DNA of 63,996 nucleotides, the filler included, from Guillardia theta CCMP2712 (taxonomy: Eukaryota; Protista; Cryptophyta): assembly GCF_000315625.1 (NCBI RefSeq). It is 8 parts of 8 records of this genome, joined end to end, with 100 filler letters (N's around TTAATTAATTAA, not from the genome) between each part and the next. Parts side by side here need not be neighbours in the genome. Positions count along the whole stretch, not along the records: positions 4,033 to 16,958 come from NW_005434571.1; positions 17,059 to 44,570 come from NW_005434653.1; 6 more parts are not named here. The stretch is one strand, 5' to 3'. The notes beneath the pieces were generated by a model that had not been told where the DNA came from, ran no database searches, and saw only the letters and a list, made by a program, of their open reading frames with translations. Position numbers and translations under genes: made by a program. Below, piece after piece: positions 14,144 through 30,256 of this stretch. Numbering within the stretch: the stretch's first letter is position 1; each line of letters starts with the position of its first letter.

Positions 14144-15875
14144 GGCAGGGGCAGGGGCAGGGGCAGGAGCAGGAGGAGTGGACTGTCGAGGGGGTGGACG
14201 AGGACAGTAAGAAAGATAGGACAGGATAGTGGTCACCTGGGCTCTCAACCCCGCTCATACTGCAGAAGTGAGCTCCCTGCTCCTGCATGCGAGCGTGCAA
14301 GGGAGAGTGGAGGAGGTTGCGGGCAGACTTGAACTGCTTGAAAGGGAAGTGGCACGCGTACACCATGCTCAGAGCCTCCTCTGCTCGGCGAGCAAGGAGA
14401 GAAGGCTCGCACAGGAGGGGGCTGAACCTGCTCGGACGGATCCCTGTAACATCTTCGTCGGGGCTGCCGCTGACAATCCACTGTGCGAGCAGGCGACCGA
14501 CACCCCCCCCTGTCAGGATTCCGATCGAGTTCATGCCAGCACCTACCCAGTAGTTGCTTAGCTCCGGGACAGGCCCAACACTGCAAGAGACAGGGATAAG
14601 AACATCTTTTTAAAAATCACATGATATTTCACCAAATTGTATCCCTCCCCTCCCCTCCCCTCCCCTCTTCCCTTCCTTTCCCTTCCCTTCCCGCTCACAT
14701 CTCTCTCCATTTTCCATGCCGCCCTTTCCACCATCGTTTCCCTCCCATCTTCATCTTTCCTGTCCCCCCTCTCCGCATCCTCATTTCACACATGACAAAA
14801 CTCACATCGGTGACATGTCGGGGGTGAAACTTTCCGGCCCGCAAAAGACTTTCTTGATCCCGACGTCCATGGCCTTGGGCACGCGCTCCATAGCCTTGCT
14901 CAGGAACGGAAAGATCCTCTCCTCATCCGCCTCGATCTCGCCAAACGCAAAGTCCTCGGGAATCCCGTGCTCCTTCCAGCTCGCCGCTCGCCCCTCAAAC
15001 AGCCCGATCATGAGCCCTGCTCCCTCCTTCCGTATGTAGGTGTACGACGCTGGGTCCTCGATCACCGGCCAGCTGCTCTGTACCTCCGGCATGGCGTCTG
15101 TGATGACGTAGTAGTGCTCTGCTGCTTGCAGCGGGATGCTCACCTCGCTCGCCGCTCCTACCTGCCGCGACCACATGCCGCAACAGTTCACCACATGCTC
15201 GCACCGGATCGTTCCCCGGGACGTGACGACGCCCTTCACTGCTCCCTCCTCCACTATCACCCGCGTCACTGCCGTGTCCTCGAAGATCTGTCCTCCTTGC
15301 ATCCGCGTCCCCTTGTTCAGTGCCATGGTCACGTCAACCGGGTTCACTCGTCCGTCCCCTGGGACGTAGAAGGCGCCAAGGACGTCGTCGACTCTGCACA
15401 GGGGAAACATCTTCTCGACGTCCCTCGCTCCGATCTCCTCCACTTCGACTCCGCACGTTCGATTGAAGTCTGCGATCCTCCTGAACTCTTCCAGGCGATG
15501 CCTGTCCGTCGCGAGCTCAATGAAGCCCACGGGGCTGAACCCCGTGCTCTGACCTGTCTCTTCCTCCAGTCGCCTGTACAGCTCTCGGCTGTACAGGCGG
15601 AAGGATGTTGAGGTCGAGGACATGGAGCCGAACGTTACCATCAAACCAGCCGCATGCCATGTCGTTCCGGAGGTCATCTTATTCCGCTCCACAACAACCG
15701 TGTCCCTCCAGCCCATCTTGGTTAGGTGGTATGCGACTGAGGACCCTATCACTCCTCCTCCGATCACCACGACACGAGCATGAGACGGCAGTTTCTTCAG
15801 TGAAGAGGAAGGGTCTTGCGAGCATGCTGTCGTGAAGCTGCGAAGCGCGCGTTGCCGGCACCTCAAACTTATCAT
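12731..15875 (-). CDS. Sarcosine/dimethylglycine dehydrogenase-like FAD-dependent oxidoreductase (DAO + GcvT domains), likely mitochondrial, 4 exons
   Basis: VVVIGGGVIG Rossmann motif, SGTTWHAAG, GPESFTPD, MNSIGILTGGGVG, GELGYEL, SLRMEKG, YGHTLGGAVGL; Arg-rich N-terminal presequence. Confidence 0.93.
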
Positions 15876-17058
15876 CTTTGGTAGATTCAGGTCCACAACT
15901 GTATCTGAGCAGCAGGGCAAGAGACGGCAGCTTTGCGTCAACACTCCTCTAAGGATCCAGCAGCAAGACTATCTTCCCGGCAGATCGGCTCCTTCTGCGC
16001 ATGCGATACCTTCCTCATCGCTCGCTCCGTACCATCCTCCTCGCATACTTGCAGCCATCCTTTCGCGCCACTCGGTCCCCTCATACAGCACTCACTGTGC
16101 TCCCGGGCCCGGTCGCCGGAACTTCGGAACTTGAAGCCGCGGCACTGCCGCAGTGCGGCACTGCGGCTCCCGGCCGCCTGGCCGGGCCGCGGGCCCCAGT
16201 GACTCAGCACTCCGAGTCCCGGACTCTCCTGACCCAGGACTTTCAGTGAGTGGCTCTCAGTTAAGTAAACTACAAGCTTCGGCAGTGTGGCAGACCCGGC
16301 CGGGCCGCTTGCCAATCCGCCGGCCGGGGTGGGCCACCGTACTAGGCTTAGTACGTGACTCTGACAGTGACGCGGCCGCGAGCCTCCAAGTCGGTCACCG
16401 GTGGCACCGGAGTGACTGTCGTCGCGGAGCATGGTCCAGTGACCGACACCAGAGAGAGATTTTACTCCACTTGCCAGTGCCCAGCAGGGCTGCCATCGAG
16501 TCTGCCAGGCTTCGCTACTAGTCTACCCGGATCGTCAAGTTACTGACAGCAAGTTGCCGGTAGCATCATGCTCAGGGCAGATCACCCAGTACGCGTACGC
16601 CGGATATCAGTAGACTGAGCTGTACTACTTCAACGGTACATGATGACGCCAATAGCACTTTGGACATCAGGCTTGACCACGTACTGTCCACATGACCGCC
16701 TGCCTGCCTAGCAGCCATGCTGTTGTCTTCCCTCACTCCCTCCCTCTTCCTGACTGAGTTCATCTCAGTTCACTTCTGGAATCCAGCGATGCTCTCTTTG
16801 TCGACCAGCCAGGTGGTGTCGACCGCCTGCGATTGAGACTTGAAAGTGAAAAGGAGGACGAAGAGGAAGGGATGCACGACATGAAGGAAGAGAGGGGGGA
16901 GGGAGAGGAGGGGGAAGGAGGAGCAGAGGGGGAAGGAGGAGCAGAGGGGGAAGGAGGANNNNNNNNNNNNNNNNNNNNNNNNNNNNNNNNNNNNNNNNNN
17001 NNTTAATTAATTAANNNNNNNNNNNNNNNNNNNNNNNNNNNNNNNNNNNNNNNNNNNN

Positions 17059-18068
17059 TTTGCTCGGCTCCATTGAGGCTGTTCTGCACGGCCTGCAGTT
17101 TGACGAGCTACAGTGACGCCTCCTTCTCAAATTCTCCTCCTCCTCCTCCTCCTCCTCCTCCTCCTCCTCTTCATCTCTCTTCCTCCTCCTCTTCATCTCT
17201 CCTCCTCCTCCTCTCCACCTTGACGTTTGACCCCCTCCAGGGCTGTCAACCAGTACCTCGGACCCCTCGTCTCCTTCAGCTTCCTCTTCATCTGCCTCTT
17301 CTTCATGCTTAACACCTTCCTTGCGGTCTGACCTCGCCGACAACCCGCTTTCTCCTGCTCACCTGCCTCCCCAGCTCATCATGAAGAGCTATCAGGAGGT
17401 GTCCAAGATCAAGGACGAAGACTCGCTGTCCAAGGAGTTTGCAAAGGTTCTCCTGCTTGCCGCGTCACTCGACTCCCTCACAGCCCGAGCTTTAGGGCAT
17501 CTTTCCGTTCTTGAACTCAATTTCTGCAAGGCTCAAGGGGCTAGCCAAGAAAAACAAAGTCAATGACGGTGAGGCTGGAGGCAGCACGGCCGAGCTAGTG
17601 ACAGCACGGCAGAAAACTCCAAGGATCCCAAGGACAGCACAGGGACGAAAGACAAGAAGCAAGCATGGCCGGAGAACGACGGGAAGGACCAGCAGGCACA
17701 ACAGTCGACCTTACCACCGTCAAACGCTTCCAAACCCTCCACGGCACAGGGGAAGCCTGACCCAAAGCTTCTGCTTACGAGACAGAGGACCATGTACCGA
17801 AGGTAGCAGGACGGCGCGCATGTCCCCGCGCGATGAGCTCACGATAATAATCAGGGAGGACGATCTGGTCGAAGTTCCTTTGGAGGCTCTACAGCAACTC
17901 ACTGTGTCCCTGAACGATCTCCAGGGGAAGGTAGCTGATCTCAGTCGTTCTTCTTCCTCTCTCGTCTCCTCCTCGTTCCTCCTCCTCGCTCATCTTCTCG
18001 ATCAGGTCAAGAGCCTTTCGGATCGTGTCAGGACCGCTGAATGTGCCTTTCTTGGGAAGAAGATCTGA
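17059..18068 (+). CDS. Hypothetical protein, 5'-truncated, short C-terminal coiled coil
   Basis: Exon-like segments flanked by AG/GT (LIMKSYQEVSKIKDEDSLSKEFAK; EVPLEALQQLTVSLNDLQGK|VKSLSDRVRTAECAFLGKKI*); no recognisable domain. Confidence 0.45.
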
Positions 18069-18983
18069 AGTCTGCAATGTGCCACTCTCCTGCTGCTGCT
18101 GCTGCTGCTCTTCCCTCCTCCCTCCTCCTTCTCCCACTCGTGTTCCTCCTCCTCTTCACTCGCCTCCCTTGTATGTCCTGTACGTAATGATTTTCGGCAT
18201 TTTCGCTTGGCGAACTCTTTTTGAAAAATATCTGTATATTAAAACTTGATTTCAACATTTCAAATTTTACCCCAATTGTTACCGGAGGGGCCATAAAACT
18301 AAGGCATGGCAGGAAGCGGATATTGAAGTGAACGAGAGGAGCGAGGACAAGGGAGGAGAGGAGAGAAGGTAGCAGGGAGAAGAGAGGATAAGACAGGACA
18401 GGACAGGAGAGGAGAAGAGAGGATAAGACAGGAGAGGTGAGGAGAGGAGAGGAGAGGAGAGAGGAAGGAGGAGAGGATTGAGCGAAGATGGAGGGAAGGG
18501 GGGGGGGGGTTGCGGTGACGGGTACGGAGGCGAGGGGCATACCNNNNNNNNNNNNNNNNNNNNNNNNNNNNNNNNNNNNNNNNNNNNNNNNNNNNNNNNN
18601 NNNNNNNNNNNNNNNNNNNNNNNNNNNNNNNNNNNNNNNNNNNNNNNNNNNNNNNNNNNNNNNNNNNNNNNNNNNNNNNNNNNNNNNNNNNNNNNNNNNN
18701 NNNNNNNNNNNNNNNNNNNNNNNNNNNNNNNNNNNNNNNNNNNNNNNNNNNNNNNNNNNNNNNNNNNNNNNNNNNNNNNNNNNNNNNNNNNNNNNNNNNN
18801 NNNNNNNNNNNNNNNNNNNNNNNNNNNNNNNNNNNNNNNNNNNNNNNNNNNNNNNNNNNNNNNNNNNNNNNNNNNNNNNNNNNNNNNNNNNNNNNNNNNN
18901 NNNNNNNNNNNNNNNNNNNNNNNNNNNNNNNNNNNNNNNNNNNNNNNNNNNNGCTCCTCCTCCTCCTCCTCCTCCTCCTTACA

Positions 18984-21610
<2,627 letters not shown>

Positions 21611-21729
21611 GCGAGAAACGATTATTTCTCGTTTTTGTTCATCTCGCTCGCTCTCGCTTATTTCTCCTTTTCCTCCCTCCTCCCCTCTTCTTCATTTCTC
21701 CTCTCCCGCCCTCCTCTCCTCCATGACAT

Positions 21730-24188
21730 GTGAACGCAGACTGGCAAGGAGATTTGAAATGTTCTCCTCCTGCTCTACTACCACATCCTCCCCTCTCCTA
21801 GTCGTTGCAATAGAAGAAAGAAGGATATCGGACTTTACGACTCTCCAGCTCGCCGCCCCCTCCTCCTTCTCTCAACCTCCTCCTCCCTTCTTCCTCTTCG
21901 GTCGCTTCTCTTCTGCATCCTCCTCTCGTACAGCACATCCTCGATCGTGTTGAGCATGTCGATACCTGCGGTCTCAGCCGTCACACGCCATCTCCTCTCA
22001 ACTCGCCATCATCTTCCTGCTCCACTTCCTCTCCCTGCTCCTGCTCCTGCCCGCCTCTCCCCTTCTCCTCCTCCTCTCCCCCGTCCTCTACCATCACATG
22101 CTTCTCCTTCATCCGCCTCCTCACTCACTCGCTTCATTCTGCTTCGCATCATCCGCATGCCCGAGACGATCTGAAAAGAAATCAGTCGCAGGGAGCGGAA
22201 GAAGACGCAGGTGAAGGTCTAGAAGAAGGGTGGGATGGAGGCAGCAGGAGAAAGCAAGGAAAGAGGGGGAAGAACAAGGCCTAAGACAGCGCAGGAATGG
22301 CGATGGTGGAAGTCAGGTGGCAATTTTGCATAGAACTCTGGAGGGGGAGAACAAGGAGTAGATCAAGGAGACTGTGGAGAAGGAGGAGGAGGATGAGGAA
22401 GAGGAGGAGGAGGAGGAGGAGGAGGAGGAGGAGGTGGTGGTGGTGGTGGTGGTGGTGGAGGAGGAGAAGGACCTGTCAGGATTTTCTCGAGTCTTTCGAG
22501 TCGATGCCTGTTAGATGCTCGCGGGTCCCTTTGATAATCTCTCACTGCTCGTTCCATGTCCATGAGCTGCAAATCCGATGTCAGAATCCATCCATCCTCC
22601 TCCTCCCTCTCCTCCCTCCTCCTCCTTCTCTGCACACCTGCAGGCCATGGCGCAGCTCTGACGCCTGTCTGCTGGACATGTCGGCTACTCTTCCCCAGCT
22701 CTTCTCCCCACTCAGCTCCTCTTCCTCCTTGCCAAACGCGCTTGCTTCTTCCGTCTCTGCCGTAGCTGCGCTCTCCCATCTCGAGGCCACGTTGCTGTGC
22801 TTTATCGCGTCCTCCTTCACTCTCCTGGCCTGTTCGAGCACATTCTGCACTTGCCTTGACTGAGCTGAGACTATCCTCCGCTCCTCCTCCTCTGCCTTCC
22901 TTCCCACCTGAACCGCACGCTGTTGCGACGCCTCAAGGCCAGAAAGCTTGTGAATCTCTTTGCTCTGAACTTTCGACAACACGGAACTTTTCTTCTCTTC
23001 CTCCTCATACGTCTTGATCTTCATCTTCGCGAGCTTCAGCCTCTCCTTCACTCGCTCCTCCGCCTGCTCTGCCAGCTTCAGGTTCAGCTCTGCAGCCTTC
23101 TCTTCCTCAGGCCCCACGTCGATGTCTTTCCTCAGCTGCTGCAGCCGCGTCTTCGCAGCATGCAGCTTGCTCTGGTACTCCAGCTTCCGGTACTTGTCCA
23201 CCTCCCCGAGCTTGTGTTGCAGAGCCGCTGCATGCAGCATGACCTGTCGTTGCTTCTTCTCGAACAGAACCTCCTCCTCCAGCACTTTGATCTGCCGCTT
23301 CATCGTCTTCATCTCGTCCAACAAGTCCACCTCCTTTTCTCGATTGCACTTCGATCCCTTCGCTCCTCCGCTTCCGTCCGAAGGCTTCTTGCATCCCATC
23401 TCGACAAGCTGTTTCTGGATCTTGTCGACCTGCCCCTGCAGCTTGAGGGCCTCTTCCTGCTTGTCCTTTGCTCTCTTGTCCGCCTTCGTCGCTCCTCGCT
23501 TCGCCTTCTCCTCCTCCTTCACCTCCTCCTCCTGCTTGCTCGAGAATCGATTCACAAGTTTGCTGAGATCAGCGAGAGCTCCTGTCTTCTTCGAAGCCCC
23601 CTCGTCCTCCTTGAGGTTTCTCTTCAGCTTTTCCACGTGCTGTTCCAGCTTCTTCACCGACCCCTTCATCACGCTCAGGGACGCTGACAATTCATTCGCC
23701 CCGTCCTGCTCGCTCCTCGCTTTCTTCTTCGCCCTCCTCTCCTCCGCCATGAGCGACTCCAGCCTGTCTTCATGCAGATTCACCACCTGGGATGTCGCCA
23801 GCAGCGATCTCTCCAGCCGATTGGCAACATTCTCGATCCTTCTCGCCTTCTCATCGTCCTCCTCCAGCGTCTCTGCCCGGTCACGAGCGATCTTGACCAA
23901 CTTCGCATGCAGCCTGTCGTCGTTGCCCTCAAGCAGCTTCTCCTCGTCAGCTTTCTTAGCGAAGTCTCTTGCTCGATGCAGCGCCTGGTTCATCATCAGC
24001 CTCGCATGATTGTATGTCTTCTCGTCGCTGTTCTGGTAGAGCTTCTGCAGCAGAGAGACGCTGCTCCGATGAGCGCGCCTGTGCGAGGATGTACGAAGAA
24101 CACTGAAGTGGAACAGAGCGAAAGAGAGGAAGATAACGAAGCAAACGAGGAAGGGAACGAAAGAGAGGCGAGGGCTCCGGGAGGTCAT
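21730..24188 (-). CDS. Signal-anchored long coiled-coil (E/K-rich) protein
   Basis: A >500-codon first exon with an N-terminal hydrophobic segment (FVPFLVCFVIFLSFALFHF) then heptad-rich sequence; further small exons downstream; 3' end approximate. Confidence 0.7.
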
Positions 24189-24526
24189 GGTAGTCAACTA
24201 GTAGTGCAGCAAACTGAGAGATCAGCTCAAGTTGAAGGTGATTCTCTTTGCCATGGCCCTGGAAGAAACCGTCAATGACGCGAAGAATTCTACAACTCAG
24301 ATCCAACAGTCCACTGATGACCTTTGATGTATCCCTTTCGCTAGTTCTTTCAATTCCTTCTCCATTCTACCCTAGGCATTCGTCGCGAAGTGATTTTTGT
24401 ACATGACTTCTGCCCTATCCTTCCCTACGCTCTAAGCTCTCCCTTTCCCTCTCCTCCTCTCCTGATCGCTTCGCTTTTCCTCTCTCCTTCTCTCTCCTCT
24501 CCTCCTCTCCCTCCCTCCCTCCCTCC

Positions 24527-24601
<75 letters not shown>

Positions 24602-24602
24602 G
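24527..24602. repeat. (CTGT)n microsatellite
   Basis: Directly visible perfect run. Confidence 0.95.
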
Positions 24603-26363
24603 CCTCTCTCTCATCGCTCCCTCGCTCCAAGCGCCTCCCTGTGCTGTACCAGCTCATTATGACTCACCCCAGCTCGCTGCCCCTCATCCCCTTCATCTTC
24701 ACCCGGGCCGGGCCCTGGGCCGGCCCGGGCCCGGCAACCGGAACCGTGCCCGGCGGCGGTGCCGCTCAGCTGCAACCGCCGGCCACGGCCGCGAGTCACC
24801 ACGACCGCGAGTCACCGTTCAACTAACGGCCGGGCGGCCTCAGGCTCAGGCATGCCAGTTCGGAAAGTTGACCTTCAATTGCCCCAGCGGCCCAGCCTCG
24901 GAGTCACTGAGGTGGCTTGACAGACTGAGAGAAAAGCCTGACAGCGAGAACCAACCCTCATGAGGAGTCCTGCCGACTGCTGTCCCGCCGGGAGTCCCCC
25001 GCATTCAACTAGTAACCGAGTCAGCCAATACCGGCCGGGCGTAGGGCAGTCGGATCGGACGTACCCTAGTACCTTCGCGCAAGACCGTCGTGGCATTCCC
25101 CCGCGCTAGTGATCGGACGGCCCGGTCAGACCGTACTCCGGCCGGGCGCCGCCCGGTCCGATCGCCGCCCGGACTCACTGGCCCGGTGCCATGCGGGCAG
25201 TGCGGCCCGTGACGGTGATCAGTGAGGCCGCCCGGGCCCCGGGCCGCGTGTGACAAGTCGTTACAAATCGCGTAACCGCCACCCACAGTAAAATCGCATC
25301 TGTGATTGGCGGGGCGTAGGGGGTGGTACATACCAGGGGGTGGTTTCATGGGGTAGGTAGTGCAACGGCTACTCAGTTGTCTGTACCCTCCCCCCCCCGC
25401 CCCTTTTGGAGTGACCCCTACTATGACATGAAAGTACCCGGTATTTGGGAATAGTTCTACCCACCCCCTGTGGTCCGAAAGACAACAACCGTGACCGCTG
25501 CTACTACCCCACGAAGACAAGTACCCCCGTCACATCTATTCGTTCTTTTTACTACCATCCATAGGCAGGGGTGCTGGCTGCCATCCCCATCTCACCACCC
25601 CTACAAACCGGAGCACATTCCCAAAGTACCCCATAAATTACATACTTTTACACCGGTACCTTTGGACCCTACCCGTATAATTGCGTGTATCTGCAATCCC
25701 TGAAGTACTAGTCACTTGCCATGCACGGTTGAATTCCCCGGAACCTCCTCGTCCACTCCCGCTTGTCGTTCTCCTCCTCCTCCCTCTCCCCATCCCTCTC
25801 CCTCTCCGTCTCCCTCTCCGTCTCCTCCTCCTCCTCCTCCTCCTCCTCCTCCTCCCTCTCCCTTTCCTACCCCTTATCCTTATCCCTCTCCCTCTCCCTC
25901 TCCCTCTCCCTCTCCCTCTCCCTCTCCCTCTCCCTCTCTCGCTCTCTCTCCTCTAATCTCATCCACCTTTACTCCACCTTCCGACCATCTTCATCGCCCC
26001 TCGGATGCTGAGTTTCTTTCACTGACAAACTTTCTGTCCAATTGCAGAGCCCTTGGCAGAGTATCACTTTGAAAATCTTTCCATCTCGTCATCTCGATAG
26101 CGATCTAGTTTGAATATGCAAGAGAGGTTGTGGAGATAGGAAGGATCCCCGTATCAGTTTGGATATCTCTCTTGGCATTTGACTCAAAGCATCACGAAGT
26201 TGCCTTCCTCTCATCCCGACGGCCTTATAGTATCTCGATCATAATCGTCCATCATTTTCCTTTGATCTTCAACCTCGACTGATTTTCAAACAAAGCTGCA
26301 ATCTCGCTCCTCTGTCCTCGGCTCTTGTTTGCTAGCGCCAGCTTCTTGGTTTCCTTGACGCTC

Positions 26364-27462
26364 ATGGCTCAACTCGGTAAGAAACCACAGGACGAAGCAA
26401 GCCATCGGCGTTCTCAAAGGTGGGTTCGACGGTTGTTGTTCCTGAGCTGATGATAGTTCTCCTCCACAGCGTAACGAGCTGCGTTGAAAGTGTTAAGGGC
26501 AGGAGCAAACGCACGGACGAAGCAAATGGCAAGAGCACTCAGCGCTTCGACTATCAACTCCTGCTGGTAAGCAAAGTGGAGAAAACCCGTGAGGAAGAAT
26601 CGCTTGTTTGTTGTCATCAGAGCACGAAAGAAGATATGAAGTTGTTGTTGTTTCTGTAGAAAGTTTGGCCATCCCTCCATGTCACCTTCTCGTGCTCCCA
26701 TCGCAGGTTGCAGCCAAGGAGGTCGACCCGCACTTGGCGTTCAACAAATACATCCTCCATGGCTACAGGCACAAGTTGACTCCGATGCAGTGCATCCTGT
26801 CCGTCTTTCAGATCCACAACGAGACAGGTAAATCGGCACTCGTCCATATCAAAGGGCTGACACTCTCCAGGGAACATCTGGACCCACATGCTGCCAATCG
26901 CTTTCTTTGTCAGCCACCTCGTTCTCCACGGTCCTTGGCAGCATGCCCCTCTCTTTTACCTGGCGGCGACCGTCCCTTGCGTCCTCTGCCTCACCTGCAG
27001 CTCCATCTATCACACCTTCATGCCTCTCTCGTCGGGTGAAAAGACGTATTCCACCTTGCTGTTCATCGACTACCTCAGGTGCCCCTCTCCTCGGCTGGCT
27101 CTCCACATGCTGACGGCCAGGGTCTCAGTGTTTTCAACGTGATGGTATGGCCTGAAGTTGTCTCGATCTACTGGAGCTTCTACTGCGATCCCAGCGTGAA
27201 GGTCCCTGCCGACCAACAGTGTTCTCCATGTTCTGACGCAACTTCAGCTCTTCATGTTCGTGGTTTACTTCTCCATCACCGTCCTCTGCCTCGGGCTTGC
27301 GCTGAGGTCACTCAGGAGCTGCCGATGGGGGCAGACGGTAGTGACACGTCATGCAGAGCGAGAACGGTCAAGGAAAGGCTCCTCCCCTTCGGCATTCAGT
27401 CCCTCGCTCGAGGGATCAGTTTGATTTTCCGAATGACCTTGGGCTATGCAAGGTGCGGTCAT

Positions 27463-27493
<31 letters not shown>

Positions 27494-27977
27494 CCCACTT
27501 CAATTATGCTCCTGCTTCTCATTTCCCCCTCACCTCGGACTGGTGTTCCCCTTTCTGTCCTTAACCTCGTGTTTCTCATTCCTCCTCCTGTTCTACTCTC
27601 TTCTTTGGTCCTGATGGAGCAATGAGCAGCAAGGAAGCGACTTTGCTCTACCTCGCGACAGAATTTCTCGGAATCGCCGGAGGAATGATCAATGCCATGC
27701 GTGCTCCGGAATCGATCTTCCCAGGTTGGCGCGGAACAAGAGGAAGAGAGATCTGACTCGAGATGTTCCAGGCATGTTCGACACTTGGCTGAACTCGCAC
27801 CAGGTAGTTGATGCATCGTTGGGCAGGGAGCCTAGTGACGAACATCTACAGATCATGCACATCTTGACTGCGATGGCTCAATTTTGTGTCTTCTACGCGT
27901 GCCAAACCGATTATGAGTACTGGCAGCGAACGAGCTGCCTGGATGTGAAGAGGTGGAAGGTGCTAGAATTCTTGTAA
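26364..27977 (+). CDS. PAQR / haemolysin-III family 7-TM protein (PAQR4-like), multi-exon
   Basis: FNKYILHGYR, SVFQIHNETG|NIWTH, SSIYHTF, LFIDY, RAPESIFP|GMFDTWLNSHQ|IMH: the three PAQR Zn-ligand motifs. Start tentative. Confidence 0.9.
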
Positions 27978-28705
27978 TCAGACTTAACCCCATGGCCGTG
28001 AGGATGTTTGGATCTAGTTAGTAATGTCTCATTAAGGTTCTTAACGCTCTATAGAGAGTGACTCGTTGTGTCCTCTTGTAATAAACTGAAAAAGATGTAA
28101 AGAAACGTTTTTCCCACCTCCTCGCTGACAGTAGCACATTCCTTCCCTTCTCCATCTGTCTCCTCTCCTTGCTTCCCTCTCCATCCAGCCCCCCCCCCCC
28201 TCACGATCCCTTCTTACCTCCATCGCTTCCTCCTCCATCTATTGTTCTGTCAAAGAATTTATTATTGCCAACCTTCATCCTTGCCCTGTTCTGACCCCCC
28301 CCCCCTCCCCCATGCTACCCAAGCCCCTCGCACTGTATCTTGGTCTCGCTTCCTTCCCCTCTCTCGCTCTCCTTCCACATTCTCTCTGCATCCCTCCATC
28401 GCCTCTTCCTCCCCGATTCCACTCCCGCTACCCTCTTCCCTCCCAACAATACATTCGGTCCTTTTCCATCCCAACTGCCTCCCCAGCCCCGCCCTCGCCC
28501 TCCCCTCCCCTCCCGACCGCGCGGCTTGTAGCCTCTGTTGCATGTCTCACGATCCATGAACATGCGAACTCATAGCAGCAACACGTGCAGCAGCACCTGA
28601 GCTGTGACTTGTGACTGGTAGTAACTTGAGCTTGCAGGAGGAGCGTCAGTTTACGTTGTCAAGAGCGATCTTGATAGAAGGAGAGGATGAAGTGAAGAAA
28701 GAGCG

Positions 28706-30240
28706 ATGAACTTGTCTACAGGTACAATACAACCCCAAGGTCAACCTTCCCTCACTTCTGACGCCTCCACCTCTCCAGCAGGAGCATGCCTTAGGTTCCT
28801 CCTCCTCCTCCTCCTCCTCTCCCCCGCCTTGAGTGTATACGTCGGCCCGGCCCTCAAGTCGCAATGGCAGGATCCATACAGAGGAAGAGACCACGTGTTT
28901 CACATGCAGCTGGAAGTCAGCGGGATCGAGTTAGACCACCTCCTCCTCTCCTCCAACTACACTCAGATGGACCTCTACGTCCTCTTCTACGTCCCTTCCA
29001 ACCCGCTCGCTAAGGTTCCGCCTCCCCTGCCACCATCTCTCACCTCTCTCATACGCCTCCTCAGACCCTCCTCCCCGTCTGGAAGCAAGTCTGGGAGCGC
29101 TTCGCTCCCATCCCGCGCGTCGACGTGGCTGTTGCCTTGCTGCCCTCCACCAGCTCTGAAAGCTGCTGCAGGTCCTCCAGGTCGATTGCAGCGGAGTGGG
29201 AGGAATATCGTGCAAGGACCGCAACGTGGTCGACATCCCTTCGATCCAGAGGTTCCCTGCAGGCTCGCCCCACGGGTTCTTCTACAGGGGCAGGTAAAGA
29301 GGGCAAACAGGGTCCCTCCTCCTTCATGCCCGGGCTGACCGGGGGACGTCAGTGTTGATCTCTTTGCGCTGGAGGAATGGATTATAGATGCCTCCAACCT
29401 TGAAAAAGTCACTCCCTGCTCCCTCCTCTCTCCTCCTCTCCACTCTCTCCTCCTCTCTCCACCTCTCTCCTCCTCTCTTTTCTCTTAGCCCTCTCCTCTC
29501 TCTCCTCTCCTCTCCTCTCCTCTCCTCTCCTCTCCTCTCCTCTCCTCTCCTCTGAGAACAGCCGGCAGGAGATGAAGCCTCGAGACGTCCAGCCAGTGTC
29601 TGGTTGCGTTGCCTTCCGACAGACGTCAGGGTGTGACCCGGAGGGAGGGCGCGAGCCTCACAAAGACAAGCCGTGCGACCACGAGGTGACGACGATGGCG
29701 GGGGCCATGCACGAGTCTCATCCTCCTCCTCCCCGGCAGATCCCCAGCGGCATGTCAGGATACTGCGAGTGCGGGGAAGGCGACCATAGGATGAAAGTCC
29801 GCTGCCGGCACCAGCCCTTCCGCTGCGATGAAGTATGTGTCAAGGTGCCGGGCTGCGTGGCATGGCGGCAGGTGGAGGAGGAAGAGGAAAAGGGAGGAGT
29901 GTGTTGACGGCAAGATCAGACTGGAAGTTGTGTACCCGATGGCCCCAGAGAGCCGCAGAATGACAAGCATTGCCGTCGCGCCCTCATGGCCGGGGTGTCT
30001 GGATACTGCGAATGCGAAGGAGGGAGGAAGGTTGCGTTGGTGAGAGAATAATACTGATCATGGGGATGATGATGTTGGGGATGAAGATGATGATAATAAT
30101 TATGGAGACTAATTATGGATAATGCTTTGTGATGGTGCGGTGCGTTTCCAATAAGTTCGTTTATTCTTCAGATGGCATGCTCTACAAGGACCATAGGAAC
30201 ATTCACTTGCGAAGAGAAGTGTAATGAACCGATTCAATGA
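28706..30240 (+). CDS. Secreted protein: signal peptide + redox-inactive thioredoxin-like domain + two Cys-rich CVxWRQT..CxPxGxREP repeats
   Basis: Spliced MNLSTAGACLRFLLLLLLLSPALS; YVLFYVPSNPLAK|..LLPVWKQV..|VLQVDC..SCKDRNVVDIPSIQRF; CVAFRQTSGCDPEGGREPHKDKPC..SGYCEC and CVAWRQ|TGSCVPDGPREPQNDKHC..SGYCEC..FTCEEKC. Confidence 0.75.
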
Positions 30241-30256
30241 ATGAGTCGAAGAGAAT

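Noticed and set aside
22923-24278. Long plus-strand Leu/Ser-rich ORFs
   Set aside because: Antisense shadows of the coiled-coil gene.
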